A stretch of 64,000 nt of DNA from Tubiluchus corallicola (Eukaryota; Animalia; Priapulida): the NCBI GenBank assembly GCA_030141605.1, contig JAQGDQ010000171.1, forward strand, positions 124,001 through 188,000, read 5' to 3'. Below, one piece after another: positions 1-11,942 of this stretch. Every line of letters begins with the position of its first letter. Position 1 is the first letter of the stretch. Under the pieces are notes generated by a model, which saw only the letters and a list, made by a program, of their open reading frames with translations, was not told the origin of the DNA and ran no database searches. The position numbers and the translations under genes are program-made.

Positions 1-896
1 TAAAGGGAGGATTTCACTTTCAGTGCCTTGAATTTTAACTTGCAAAAGGCATATCTATGTTTTCAGCAAAAACATTTTGCGATCAAGCTGTGTGTTTCAA
101 ATTATCGAAAACAGTTCAACTAAGCAAGCATTTTAAAGCTACTTACAGATAGTAAATGTTTTAGATTTACCGGCACGGGACCTGGAACAACATATTTCTT
201 GGGACTTCTGAAAATACAATTCCTAGCATGCAATAACATCATTTGAAATTGTTTAGACACGTAGTTTATTTTTGATAAAATAATATTTTTGGATATCCTA
301 ACTGGTACGACAAATTAAAACAGATAATGATAATGATGATGTTGATGATGGCGATGATGATAATTAAGTTATTTACCATTATAACTGTACTGTTACTCAG
401 AAATTTCGAATGTTTGTCAGAGACACAGGTGCCATTTTTAACCTTTCTTAGGTATGACGTCTGGCAGCGAGCGAAGTGACTTTTTTATCACTGAGCTAAC
501 GTCCACCAATAATAAATAGACTACGAAGACAAAAACTGTTTTAGCCACACAACACTTCTTGGAATTAATTATTAATAAAATGCTAAACGAAAAAGTGTTA
601 TATTAATACTGGTTTATTCCCCTCAAATGCCAATTCATAAAATTTATCACTCTTGGCATCATGCCAACATAAAATTGCATCGCGACAACAGTGTGATTAT
701 TACACAAGGATATAAAATTTTAATAGCATGCAAATACAGCACAACAAATACAAATGGTTTACAAGAGGGTAATTAATGCAATAATAAAAGGACTGCGTCA
801 AAATATAAAATATTAAACTGGAAAACAAGAACGTTAGATGAAGGCAGGAAGAAAAAATAGGTTTGTTCAGCCTGAAAAGAAATATTAAAATACTAA

Positions 897-1013
897 TAGC
901 GCGTTCAGACGTAAAGATTTTTCTCGCAACTTCTCTCGCAACTTGTGGCGCAATTTCTCTCTCACTGAGTTTGCAGCAAGTTGCGACAGAAGTCTCTACG
1001 TCTGAGCGCGCCA
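897..1013. mobile_element. ~117-bp palindromic MITE, PIF/Harbinger-like
   Basis: Termini TAGCGCGTTCAGACGTA ... TACGTCTGAGCGCGCCA are inverted repeats, flanked by TAA at 894-896 and 1014-1016. A 3-bp TAA TSD is typical of Harbinger/Tourist elements. Confidence 0.75.
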
Positions 1014-2189
1014 TAACCTTCCAGAAAAATTCAAAGTGGCGTAATTCTGTAACCACTAATGTATTTAAAGCTCTTATAATTGGTTGATCAAAGGAGCCGA
1101 TCTGTCAGTTGAACAATTGGTAATGGTTTAATGGCTTTTAGTTAATAAACTTTCCGCACTAATCAACCAATCAGTCAACAAAACAGGTGCAAATATACTA
1201 TAGGTTACATTTAGGTGCCTGTATGAAAATCATTAAGGATTAATGCCATTTATCTTAATGTAAAAACGCCTTTACCTAACTGAAAGGCATGCCATTTACT
1301 TTAAAGTAATGTACTAACATTATAAATGCTGGAGCTGGCGATAAGTTTAGGATAGGCTAAGTTTTTTATTTCGGCAATAGCGTGTAATTATACAAGAGTT
1401 ATATTGTAATTAAATTACATTAAATTAAATTAATTGTTGTCCACTGTTATTTCAAAACAAAGTCAATCAGAGCACTAAAAATAAGGGCTAATCCCTTATA
1501 ATAAGCGAAAACATTTCGAAATGGCGAAGCACTTTAAAAGAAAATACAAATTATATAACAAATAGGACAGTTGGTTAAAAACTAAAGTTTAATTGGAAAT
1601 ATTACGAACTATTTTATTGGCTCGGTAGGCATATCGCGTTATAGCCTATAGGTACTGATTGGTAAAGAAAAACACTTGCATAAGAAGTTATAAATCTACC
1701 TCACTATGAGTCTGCATTGTATCTGCTGAGATTTGTAAAGAAAATAAAAGTAAAAAATTCCAATAAATTTCTCTTTACCACTGCCTTTCACCCATCCACT
1801 CACCCCCCCCCTCCAACTACTCACACTCCTGAAATGATTTAATGTGAATTTATAATTACTGTAATCAGACATCATTTAACAAATTTACAAAGCTCTTGAA
1901 ACGACATTTTGTAATTTATTCAAGTTTTCAACTTTTTCCAAAAAGTTTCTCAAATGTACAACACTTCCCATAAGAGACAAAAATGAAATGCTATTCACTA
2001 AAATTGGTGAATATGGAGGAATGGAATAGGAAAAAGTTACCTAATTGCCGTACGAGTGAATAAAAAAACATGTATATTAACGTACAACAGTTTGACTGCA
2101 GAATTATTGAAACTTAATGAATCAAACATTGGGTTATTATTTTTTGTTGTGATTCCAACTACTACATCAACTACACCTCACGATGTTAT

Positions 2190-2632
2190 ATTTCTAATAA
2201 TGCAACTAAAACAACGGTTATGGTTGATAACATCGTAACTCCCTTTTGCTTACGTTTCGATGCAGACTTGCGTCAGAGCACTTTCACAACCTACCTAGAA
2301 ATATACGTTAAATTATAAACTAACGCATACTGCTGTCATAGTAATATACCTTAAATAATCACAGCATCACATCCCCCACAAACCAAAACGAAAATTGATA
2401 AATAAATTGCTTAAATTATTTTACTTGTCTGCTTAAATTACTAAAATTGTTTGTCTACGACCTGCTCTTGCCATCATCAACTCACAGTTAAATTACTTTA
2501 AAAGCAACTAAAAGCCCTTTAAATCACTGGATGGCTAGTGAAAGTGTTCTGACCGATGATGCAGCATAAAAACAATAAAGAGGTGTCATGTAGCTATCAA
2601 CAATTATAACCGTTGTTTTTGCATTATTAAAA
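2190..2632. repeat. Inverted pair of Penelope-pLTR-like segments with degenerate hammerhead cores
   Basis: ~2190-2290 and ~2538-2632 are diverged inverted copies. The minus strand of the first reads GCT-CTGACG...CTGCATC-GAAA-CG-TA-AGC. Confidence 0.45.
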
Positions 2633-2664
2633 CTCGGATTCCGCTGAAACAAATCAGACGTTCT

Positions 2665-3181
2665 TTAGTGGAAAGGTCAAGCCTTCTAAGCGGTTAGGCT
2701 TATTTCAATGTCCGCGAAAAAATGTTAGAAGAATTTAGTAATGAAACTGCAATAAGAGCCTCGTGTAACTAGTAAAATCACTTTAAAGTCGCGATCACTT
2801 CTTGCTTGGGCGCTTCCATTTTCAATGCCCATTCTTCCTCCAATGGCGTCATTCTTCTTGAAGAAAAGTAACTGTCAGTTTTCACCAAAAGTATAACAAG
2901 TTTTAACAAAAAATAGATAACTAATTTTGTAATATTTTCCGTGAACATTAGGTAAAGTACAGACGTTTGAATTAGTTTAAGGAGCGTGCGCTTATAGAAA
3001 GTCTCCCAGTTACGTCATGACTTTCATGTAAATGGCAGTAACCATCACGCCTGAAAATTTATATTCAGAGATAGTATATTTTACATTTATGCTTTATAGG
3101 CAGTTCTTTGCAATTTTTTTTTGTTATATTTTTCTAAGTTTAGCTGATAACAGTAAATCAAACCCAACTTACTGAGTGACT
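2665..3181 (+). mobile_element. TTAA-type non-autonomous DNA transposon, family A (Kolobok-like), right end eroded
   Basis: Colinear by eye with the copies at 21491, 59518 and 62232 (shared AATCACTTTAAAGTCGCGATCACTT and TACTGAGTGACT). Confidence 0.8.
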
Positions 3182-4663
3182 ATTTAAAACAATGTAAATT
3201 ATTCCACACAAGTTTTATTGCAGCTTCAGTGTGAAGTAGTAACAATGATTGAACCAGAGATTTTATATTCGAATATTAACCCCACCTTTGGACGCAGACG
3301 GTCATGATCCAGTTCTGGAACCACAGCTTAGCCCTGAAGGTCAACAAGACCCTTTCCCAGCGCCCTAGAAATGGCTAATCATCAAACTACAAAGGTAAAG
3401 TCACCCGCAACACAGGTACATAGGATTTACTCTCATAGGGTTTTGGAGGCCAGCCAAAAATTACTCTTACCTGCACCGTGACTATGAGCTAAAAAAATTC
3501 GTTTACAATTGAGGGTGATGTTTTACAACAAACCTGTGAATGATGCCTTTTGAGAGTAAACGTTAAAATCTAATTACCCACCTACAGTAATTAATTAGAG
3601 AATTAATTGCAGCTCATTAGTATTCAGTTTTCAAAAGGGTGTAGAAAACTGTTCTGTGGCAACATGATATTTTAACGATGCGTTACGGTAGCATTATATT
3701 TAAACGATCCGGTGCGAATACAAACGAAAGTTTTAATATTATGCTATGTTTTGATGTTTTCAAAATTTTTCTTATTTTATTACACTGAATTAAGGTCGAC
3801 GTCATTATGAATATTGCCGTCAGGTCTGCCATCTTCTGTTTTTCAACGAAAACAGCTAGCAAGCAAAGAGATAAAAGTTGGTGTTTTTTATTTATATTTT
3901 TTAAATAAAGTTTGCAGCGACGAAACACAAAATAGAGTCGTACGTGACCAAGGTTGCTTTCCTGGGCAACGTTTAAAATCGGTTTACTTTCAGTTATTTT
4001 CAACAAAGCAAATTAAGATTCTGAGTTTGTTTTGGCGCAGGGCGGGACAGAATGCCCATAGCTCCTAATGGCTCCCTAGATGTGAATAAAAATTCCAATT
4101 AATGAACTATGTTCGTGCTCACGTTACACGCATATTAAATTTCTCCACGGAGAAAGAATTGATCTTGCTCGTTCTAAGGCATAATTTATCACGAAAACCG
4201 TAATAGCCTGCTAATGAAGTACATTTTAGCTCTCAGGCTGCTGTATATATTTCCTTTTGTAAAACAATTTGCTTGTATGCCAGTAAAAATCAATGAGCGT
4301 GTGTATGGCCTTTAGCTGCTGAAATTTAGGAAGTAGCGTAAGTGCTGTATAACAGCTCAGTCTGGCATGGAATGTAAAAGATAGGAGTCACTGAGAATGA
4401 TGGAGTTAATGTTTCATTGCAAGCTGTTGTGTGATTGACTATATGATGGTTGGTTAGCAAACTGCCACTTTTAAGCTTAAAGGGTGACCTACCGATTATT
4501 AAGTACAACTGTTAATATAAATCTCCGCAAGTTATTTACAAACTTTTGTATTTGATATTTAATACCACTTTCAAGATTACATCTTACTTACTGAAAATGA
4601 TTTATTGTTAAATCAACACTACTTTTATCAAAAACATTAATTTACAACTGGTTGAAAAACATG

Positions 4664-4705
4664 TCCAAACGTTTCGACAGCAATCAGGTGTCATCATCAG
4701 TGGGA
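4664..4705 (-). ncRNA. Minimal type I hammerhead ribozyme motif in a Penelope-like terminal-repeat remnant
   Basis: Minus strand reads TCCCA-CTGATGA-T-GACA-cctgattgc-TGTC-GAAA-CG-TT-TGGA, with AATAAA ~60 nt downstream. Confidence 0.6.
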
Positions 4706-4832
4706 TTACACAAACAACAAACCAGTTTACATAGGCAGAGCCTATATTATCGAAAATTATGCACTAATTATGTATTTACAAAGAAGCCCAAGTAATGAAC
4801 AAACAGCTTGTTTTAAATACTGTTTCAGCATA

Positions 4833-4899
4833 TATATTATATACTTATATAGTGTATAATGTATAGCATATATTATACACTATATAAGTATATAATATA
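4833..4899. repeat. Perfect 28-bp AT-rich inverted repeat (hairpin/cruciform)
   Basis: TATATTATATACTTATATAGTGTATAAT, an 11-nt spacer, then the exact reverse complement. Confidence 0.9.
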
Positions 4900-6324
4900 C
4901 GTACTTATAACTAGTACCTATGAAGAATGGTAAATCTTACGAGAATAAAAAGAATTTATAAAAGATACTATAATACTTAACATTGACGTGTCAGTTTTAA
5001 CTCCTCAAACAGCTCACAAACCTTTATAATTGAATAGAACAAGTCACGGAAAGAAAATGAAACGTCCGAAATGAAAATGCTACCGATAAAATCAGAAATG
5101 TTTTCAAAACAGTGTAAATTAAAGTTTTTAATAAAATTTGTGTTGTTTTAATATTAAGTGCTTTGAAGTACTAAAATAACATTTAAAAACATATTTTGGG
5201 ACAGATAGTATTGAAGGTAGCTACAACTTGCGACTACAATTTCGTTTTTAGAAACAAACCTCCTTCTGCCGGGCCTTGATAGCTATGCAGGAAATCGCAG
5301 ACATTGATTACTTTTTGCTAAAACTTTTTGAATTATGCTAACACTGTGCCATTAAAGTTGTGGTACCGTCTGGATTAATGAGGCCATACTCTTTTCATAA
5401 GCAGAACTATATTTTAGACCATGAAAAACAAATTATGTACAGCTAAATAGTCACACAGACGCGCATTAATCATATACAGAAGTAGATCCAAACTTTTGTA
5501 AAAAATTGTTATGTGACAGTCATCACATTGGTAAAGAAAGAAGCCAACTTCAACATGTCAAATATTGCCTTGGCAATAATAAAAAAATCGATATAGTCAG
5601 TTAGCTAAGTCTTATTCAGTCTATATTACTGCAGCAAAGCAGTAAACAGCAGTAAATATAATCTACTCTCTGTACTCTCCTGTGATCTGTGTTATTCTAC
5701 GCTATATTTACAGAAGATAAAAATTATTTTAGCATCACGTCAAAGGCATTCTGGAGGGGAAACGCAGGATGGCTTCACAGGTTCAACTATATTATCCGCA
5801 GGCCCACATTTCTTAGAAATGTAACATATTAGGTCTTCGTTTAATCACATCTACAGCTAAAATGTCGAAGCCTAACCAGTCTATTCCATTGGGAGTCATT
5901 ACGTAACATTTCTACGTAGTAAAACAGAACGGTGAATTACTCAAAAATAATTAAATTATGGCTGAACGTAAATTTTAGCTTCGACTGCAAAAAGCCGTAT
6001 ATGTGAAAATCTCCGAACCTCATCAACATAGAAATGACCTCATTTAGCACCATTAATTAATAACGAAGGAAAACCAATCATTTAATTATTTTGATCACTG
6101 TATATACAAACCCTCCATGCTTCATAAAACAAACATAATTACGACAAAATGGAACAGGAAGATACGGAAAAAAGTTTATCCTCGAATAGCTGCTGTTTTG
6201 ATAAAACATGAACTCCTTTGACTTCGTTGTTAAAACTTGCAGCTAGTGACATCTATTTGCTGTAGTACACGCGAATGCATAGTGGCACGCAGCGCACGCG
6301 CGCACGCACACGCACGCACAGCTG

Positions 6325-6519
6325 CTATACCATAGTACCGAGTACGTTGTCATGCATAATAACGTCTTTTTCATTAATAGGCTCCAAATCTAGTTCAATT
6401 TGCTCTACATTTTCGTCAATTTTAGTGTGCAAAGACATGAGTATGTATATGAGAATACCCACAGCCACGCAAGGTATGAGTACTATCAGCATCGCCGAAA
6501 CCTGAGGTGGCACAATCAT
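6325..6519 (-). CDS. Candidate 64-aa single-pass membrane microprotein
   Basis: ATG in GTCATGA context. Hydrophobic stretch AMLIVLIPCVAVGILIYILM is followed by an acidic tail. Lies in non-repetitive, CpG-enriched sequence. Confidence 0.5.
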   Translation of the reverse strand: MIVPPQVSAMLIVLIPCVAVGILIYILMSLHTKIDENVEQIELDLEPINEKDVIMHDNVLGTMV

Positions 6520-7316
6520 GACGACGATGCGTGATTACCACGTGGTACATCGCCTCATAAACACGCGCAACAAAAGCCCACCTCAACGCCCCTGTTCTCT
6601 CATACAATACCTTCGTTTTTCGTTATTACTCCCAAACTAATTAAAGTTATGCGAGATTTAATTTCACAGTTTGTATGAAAATACACCAGCCGTTTCACAC
6701 ACGTCAGAAAGGGGGATTACGTGTTCGTTTCCTCTTTTCCCCACCTTCTCTGCGCTTGGAGATAAGGTAATCAGGCGAGAACAGCCGTGCTGCAGTGACA
6801 GTCGTCAAAGTGGAATGAAACTCACAGAACAGCGTTGATTCTCTTTGTGAATTATTCAGTCAGCTCATACCATTCTTCTTTATTAACGCAACAGGAGGTT
6901 ATTAATAATTCCGCCGGGAATATCCTACGTTTCTTAATAAATCATACGCAGCACGGAATCAAACATGTAAAACCAGCGCCCGTAAAATACGTTATTTTGT
7001 CAAATCCCACAGTATCTCACAAACAGTCACCGACAGTCACAGGAACGTTACGGTTTGCAATAAAATTGCCTTAAATCTTTCTTTGTGGGCAGTTTTTATT
7101 CTTTTCTTGTTGGCTTTATTGCTCACGAGTTGTTGATTTCCAACGAGGTAGCTCGTTTCATGCGGCTTAAACGACGAGGCTTCGACTGTGTGCAGATTTT
7201 GGTGAGATTCTTTCCTGACAATTATTATAGTGTTCCACTGAATTGTCCATTTAAGTTTGAAATCTTACTGCGCGGAGCGTTTACGACAAAAGTAACAGCC
7301 TACGTCAGTCTTGTAA

Positions 7317-7345
7317 TCTGTAAATAAGAAAGCAGAAAGATAAAT
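7317..7345 (-). promoter_or_regulatory. Strong splice acceptor (exon starts at 7317 on the minus strand)
   Basis: Minus strand tttatctttctgctttcttatttacag|ATTACAAG: long polypyrimidine tract plus CAG. Confidence 0.55.
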
Positions 7346-7697
7346 GAATTGACCAATTGCTATTTTCTGAGCTTGTGCGATCCTGAAATCTAGGATAATG
7401 GGTGGGAGCAGGTGCCTTAACTTGTCACAGCTAATTTGGTGCATAAACGCAGCTTATCACTGGATTTCCATTGAGACCACAAAGTTGCATGAAATGCCAA
7501 ACTGTGCGAGACAATTATTAGATAGTCTTAGTGGCCTTAGTGTGAAACGTGTCCAACGTCCGTGTTCTCTTCTCTGACAAAAGCGGAGGGTCACAGATAC
7601 ACACTGGACATAACTGACCAGAAACGTTCAAGAAGAGCTGAAGCCATTAGTCATATAGTCATAGACAAATCTAATAAGCTCTATCCCCACTTTCTTG

Positions 7698-8150
7698 TTA
7701 AAGGACAAGACAAAGAGGTAGCTGAAGCAGGTTGCAGAAAAATCGCCTTAAAAATGATATTACTTTATAGCAATTTTATGCGTATATCGTACTCGCGCTA
7801 AAAGGAATTTTTGTTTGTTTCCATTTTTAATATCCTGCAATTCAGTTCTGACCGCGCTATTACATGACGTCACCTGCCCAAACGTAAATCAGAGGAAGAA
7901 AAGGAAATCTTAAATTATGTCCCAAAAAACTTTCCATGCAAATCTATATTACTTAGCATTTCGCTTACCTGCTGAAAAGACTTATGTAACTAGAAATAAT
8001 AATTTAAAAGGTTTGTGCCGATTGGTAAAATGTCGCTGACTCACCCTCCAGGGTGTGCCACTCACTAACCAAAAACATATTTTTAATCTTATTGACAAGA
8101 TATGATAATTTAAAAATGCACGGTAAGTATAGGGTTTTCTTGTGTTCTAA
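7698..8150 (+). mobile_element. TTAA-type non-autonomous DNA transposon, family B (internally deleted)
   Basis: Starts TTAAAGGACAAGA and ends AGGGTTTTCTTGTGTTCTAA. Homologous to the inverted copies at 8720-10429 and 25060-25730. Confidence 0.8.
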
Positions 8151-8719
8151 GATTTTATCAAGAGTTTTCCATAAAATCTGTGAATAAATGAGTTAATGTG
8201 CAAATAAATGAATGATCTGAAAAAAGCTACTTCAAAACAGGTTAAAAACGAATTCAAACGATTTGTTTAATAAGACCTTCATTGCCTAATAGTTTATGCC
8301 TAATGGTTTATAGTAAACATCTGACTAATTTGCGTGGTGTATCTATGCGTGCTTTTTATGATACATTTATAAATAATGTCATTGAAAAATTGATTGAAAT
8401 AAGCATCATTTAGCCTGCCGTTCGTATCACTTTACTGTTACGGAAAACGACTCCCGTATTGGATTTTTGTTAGTCGCAAATACTATTGACAATTTATCAA
8501 GATTCATGGGTAATAAGCCTTTTCAAACGCGCGATCATAAGTCATAATACGCGTGAACGTCAGAAGGATACACTTTATTGCACTTCTCAGCAACTGTCTG
8601 GGTATTTATGCGTCAGACATGCGTCAAACAAACGGAAAGATATTACTGAACTGGATGTAAGCTGCGTTTCCATAGGTATAGGGAGGGCAAAATTTCACGA
8701 AACACTTAGTCGTAAACGC

Positions 8720-10429
8720 TTAAAGTACAAGTAAACCCTCTACTTACATAAAGCTTAACAATTCGTATTGAAATGTTATACTTACGTACTGCGTTTTTGC
8801 TTACAGGGCTTGCGTCGGCAGTAACGCTGTATAAAACATGTAAAATTAAATTCCCGCGACGACCATTTGGACGATAAGTCATTTGAAACAAGTTTAGATA
8901 ACACTGGGTAAAGTTTGAAAAAATAATCAGAGCGTTCATAGCGCACGTCACTAACTAAGTCAAACTTAAAATTACTGCATCTTGTCAATAAGATTAAAAA
9001 TAGGTTTTTTGGTTAGTGAGTGGTGCACCCTAGAGGTGACACAACGACATTTTACCTATTGGTGAAAACATTTAAATAATTAATAATTTTCTTTTGTAGT
9101 TACATAAAGTCTTTCAAACAGGTAAGCGAAATGCTAAGTAATATAACTTTGCATGGAAAATTTCTTGAGACATAGTTTAACATTTCCTCTTTGTGATGGT
9201 CAGCTTATATAAGTATTGATTGCTGGGATTATTCTGGTAGATTAGTTGTGCCTGGTGAAGCGTTGGTCAGGTGAATCAGAAAAAACGGGTTTCTTCCCGC
9301 GAGTTGGGGAGTGGGCAGAATTGATATGTCATGGCGTACTGTGCATTATCTTATTGTTGAAACCAGTATTTAGTTTGTTTTGTCATATTTATTTGCTAGT
9401 CGGCATGACTGTAAACAATGTTACCTGTTTATTTGCATTTATACTGGTTAGAACGTCCACATTGATCACGTTTGTGCTCGAATCCATGTTAGTGGCTGAA
9501 TCCATATGAGGCTGAACCTGCCTGCGTCTCGTTTGTATGGTTTGGAGATCCTGTGGTATTGCTGGCAGATTGACTGCTAAACTCCACGTTAGTCTGCTGG
9601 GCTATAGTAACGGCTAGAGCCTGGAAGACAAGAGTCAGTGGTAATACCAGTTGTAGTTGGAGACGGGAAGACTTGGATCTGGAGGTCAATGAGGAAACAC
9701 TGCTGTCAGTGATAGCTGATGTGGTTACGTTTGGCATAATTATTGTCATTGGAGGAGTCAGAGTCTACAAACGGGGAGTTGATGAGGAGACAAACCTGGA
9801 GTAGAGTGTGTCCTGGAATGCAGTGGAGGTGCATACATACAGGAGATCTAGACGAGGAGCATGGTAGGATCCATGGTATTGATGCGTAACTGGCCAGCTT
9901 CCAACTATCAAGTGTTCAGCTAAGTACATGTACATCTCTATAGTTGTTTATCCCGGGTAAACATGGTGTGTTTGTATTATTTTACTAATTATATTTTTTG
10001 CATTATTTTATATGATGCGTTCTGTTGTATATTTATGCTTTGTTTAGATGATGGGTGTGAATGCAGCTTTAGGTTACAACGACTGTTGCACTAAATAACG
10101 ATAGGTAAAACGAATTCACGTAGGCGGAGAATCCCCGTGTCCACGTACATCTATTAGATCTTTATGCTCATCTATTCTTTACATACCTTACTTTTCAGTA
10201 TAGCAATACTTGTGTATTGGTAGGCCCGGACATTACACTCTTTTTCCGCTGATTTACATTGTGCATATATGACGTCATGTATGGGCGCAGTCGGAACAGT
10301 ACTGTTGAAGATTTAAAATGAAAACAAACAAAAAATCCTTTCAAGGCAAAAAATTGCTGTAAAGTAGTATAATTTATTAAAGCTACTTTTCTGAAACCTA
10401 CTTCAATTGCCTCTTTTCTTGTCCTTTAA
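8720..10429 (-). mobile_element. Family B TTAA transposon, full length, interrupted by a solo LTR
   Basis: Termini TTAAAGTACAAG ... CTTGTCCTTTAA. Homology to 25060-25730 breaks at 9191 and resumes at 10243. Confidence 0.85.
9192..10237. mobile_element. Solo LTR (~1046 bp) with 5-bp TSD
   Basis: Termini TGTGATG...CATTACA. CTCTT is duplicated at 9187-9191 and 10238-10242. It cleanly splits a family B element. Confidence 0.8.
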
Positions 10430-11834
10430 CACTGGCAAGTCAAGGGTTTTTCAAACCCAGTTTAAGACTAAATAGTCTCGGTAATTTAGAAAATTGTCTG
10501 GGCGTAGCCACTAGTTAGAGATATGCAGGTATTTTAAAAATGACTTTGTGTTGCAACGCATGGCAAAGTTAAAAAACTGAAACATTTTAAGAAAATTGTG
10601 CGTGCACGAACAACAAAAATAACAAAAAACAACAACAAAGCAACATGAACGGCAATCAATATGGCCACCTGCATTGCTAATGCACGTTATAATAATGTAG
10701 CGCCAATATTAAATACGTATTAAGCTACGATAAACTTCCTCTCGGCTGATTTGCCTCTGTTTCTGTTAACTGAATGTTGCTCAGCCGAAGAAGCAATATA
10801 TATACAGCAGAGCAGACGTGATGAAATACTCCCTTATTCCCTTACGACTGCAAATGACAATCCGATGATATATGGATCTAATTACTATAATGAGTAAAGG
10901 CATTCACAAAATGAAACCAACCTATAGACTATTATTTGTTCCACCTAAAATGTTTTCCTTTGTTGAATCTGGAAAGAGCAGCTTACTTGATGACCAGTTG
11001 GTACTTCGCAACCCTTTCTCTTACACCCCTGTAACACTTTCTGACATCTTCATACTTATACTGCTTCCGAACTATTTTATATGCGTAATTGATCATTGTT
11101 CTACCCTGTAGATTGTGGATTTCAGGAGTGTGTATGTCCGTCTATGATTGTGACCACAAGTGCAACAACGATACACGAAGTTTAACTTATAAGGTTGGTA
11201 CAACGCTTTGTTGATCACATTGTTAATGGTTACGATGGTGAATATGATATATGACAATAGTGAGTGGTCTAACATTAATAGTAGTAAAAGCAGTGGTGGC
11301 GGCGGCAGCTGCGGTGTCAGCGATAGTGGTGGCGGTGGCAGCAGTGACGGTGGTGTCAGCAGTGACGGGCACGGCGGCAGCGGTGTCAACGATGGTGGCA
11401 GCAGCGCCAACAATAGTAGTGGTAAAGCAATGGCGTGGCTAAAAACCCACCAGGTTGTAGCAAATTAGTATTACAGAGAGCGATAGTTACAGATAATTGC
11501 CATGGCAAGTAATAAAGGCCGTCTACAGTGATAATGACAATGACCATAGTAATGACTACAGTTATGGACTTATGGTGCAAAGATAATGGCAATAGTACTG
11601 TGACACTGCTAGGTATAGTAACAGCAACAGCGATATTAACTGTAACAATAGCAGATTCTAAAACGGAAGCTTTTGAGAACAACCCAAGCGCGGAATGATT
11701 TTTGAAGCACAGTCTGTGTGTACTTCCAGACTACTGACTGACACATTTTAATGTTAAAACAGTTTGTACTGGCGTCAGACGCACTAGAACGGGGAAGCAT
11801 TATAAACTTGATTTTGCTGCGTAATTCCCCGTAA

Positions 11835-11942
11835 ACGATTAGCAAGAATCTTTTGAAAAAGTCTTTGGCACGACGCGGTTGGGGCATCGAACTCACAACT
11901 TTCAGCACAGAGGGCGATTACCCAAACAATTGAGCAACTTAC
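11835..11942 (-). mobile_element. Degenerate tRNA-derived SINE
   Basis: Minus strand GCTCAATTG...GAGTTCGATGCCC (A/B boxes), followed by CGTCGTGCCAAAGACTTT, similar to the copy at 61075-61190. Confidence 0.5.

Noticed and set aside
7265-7317. Frame (D)YKTDVGCYFCRKRSAQ* as a neuropeptide terminal exon
   Set aside because: Needs a phase-1 upstream coding exon. The candidate donor at 14743 has no ATG-initiated ORF in that frame.
9489-9749. Ser/Thr-rich 86-aa ORF
   Set aside because: Lies inside the solo LTR and has no recognisable domain.
11093-11468. Gly/Ser- or Pro-rich ORFs
   Set aside because: Degenerate trinucleotide low-complexity DNA, open in multiple frames.
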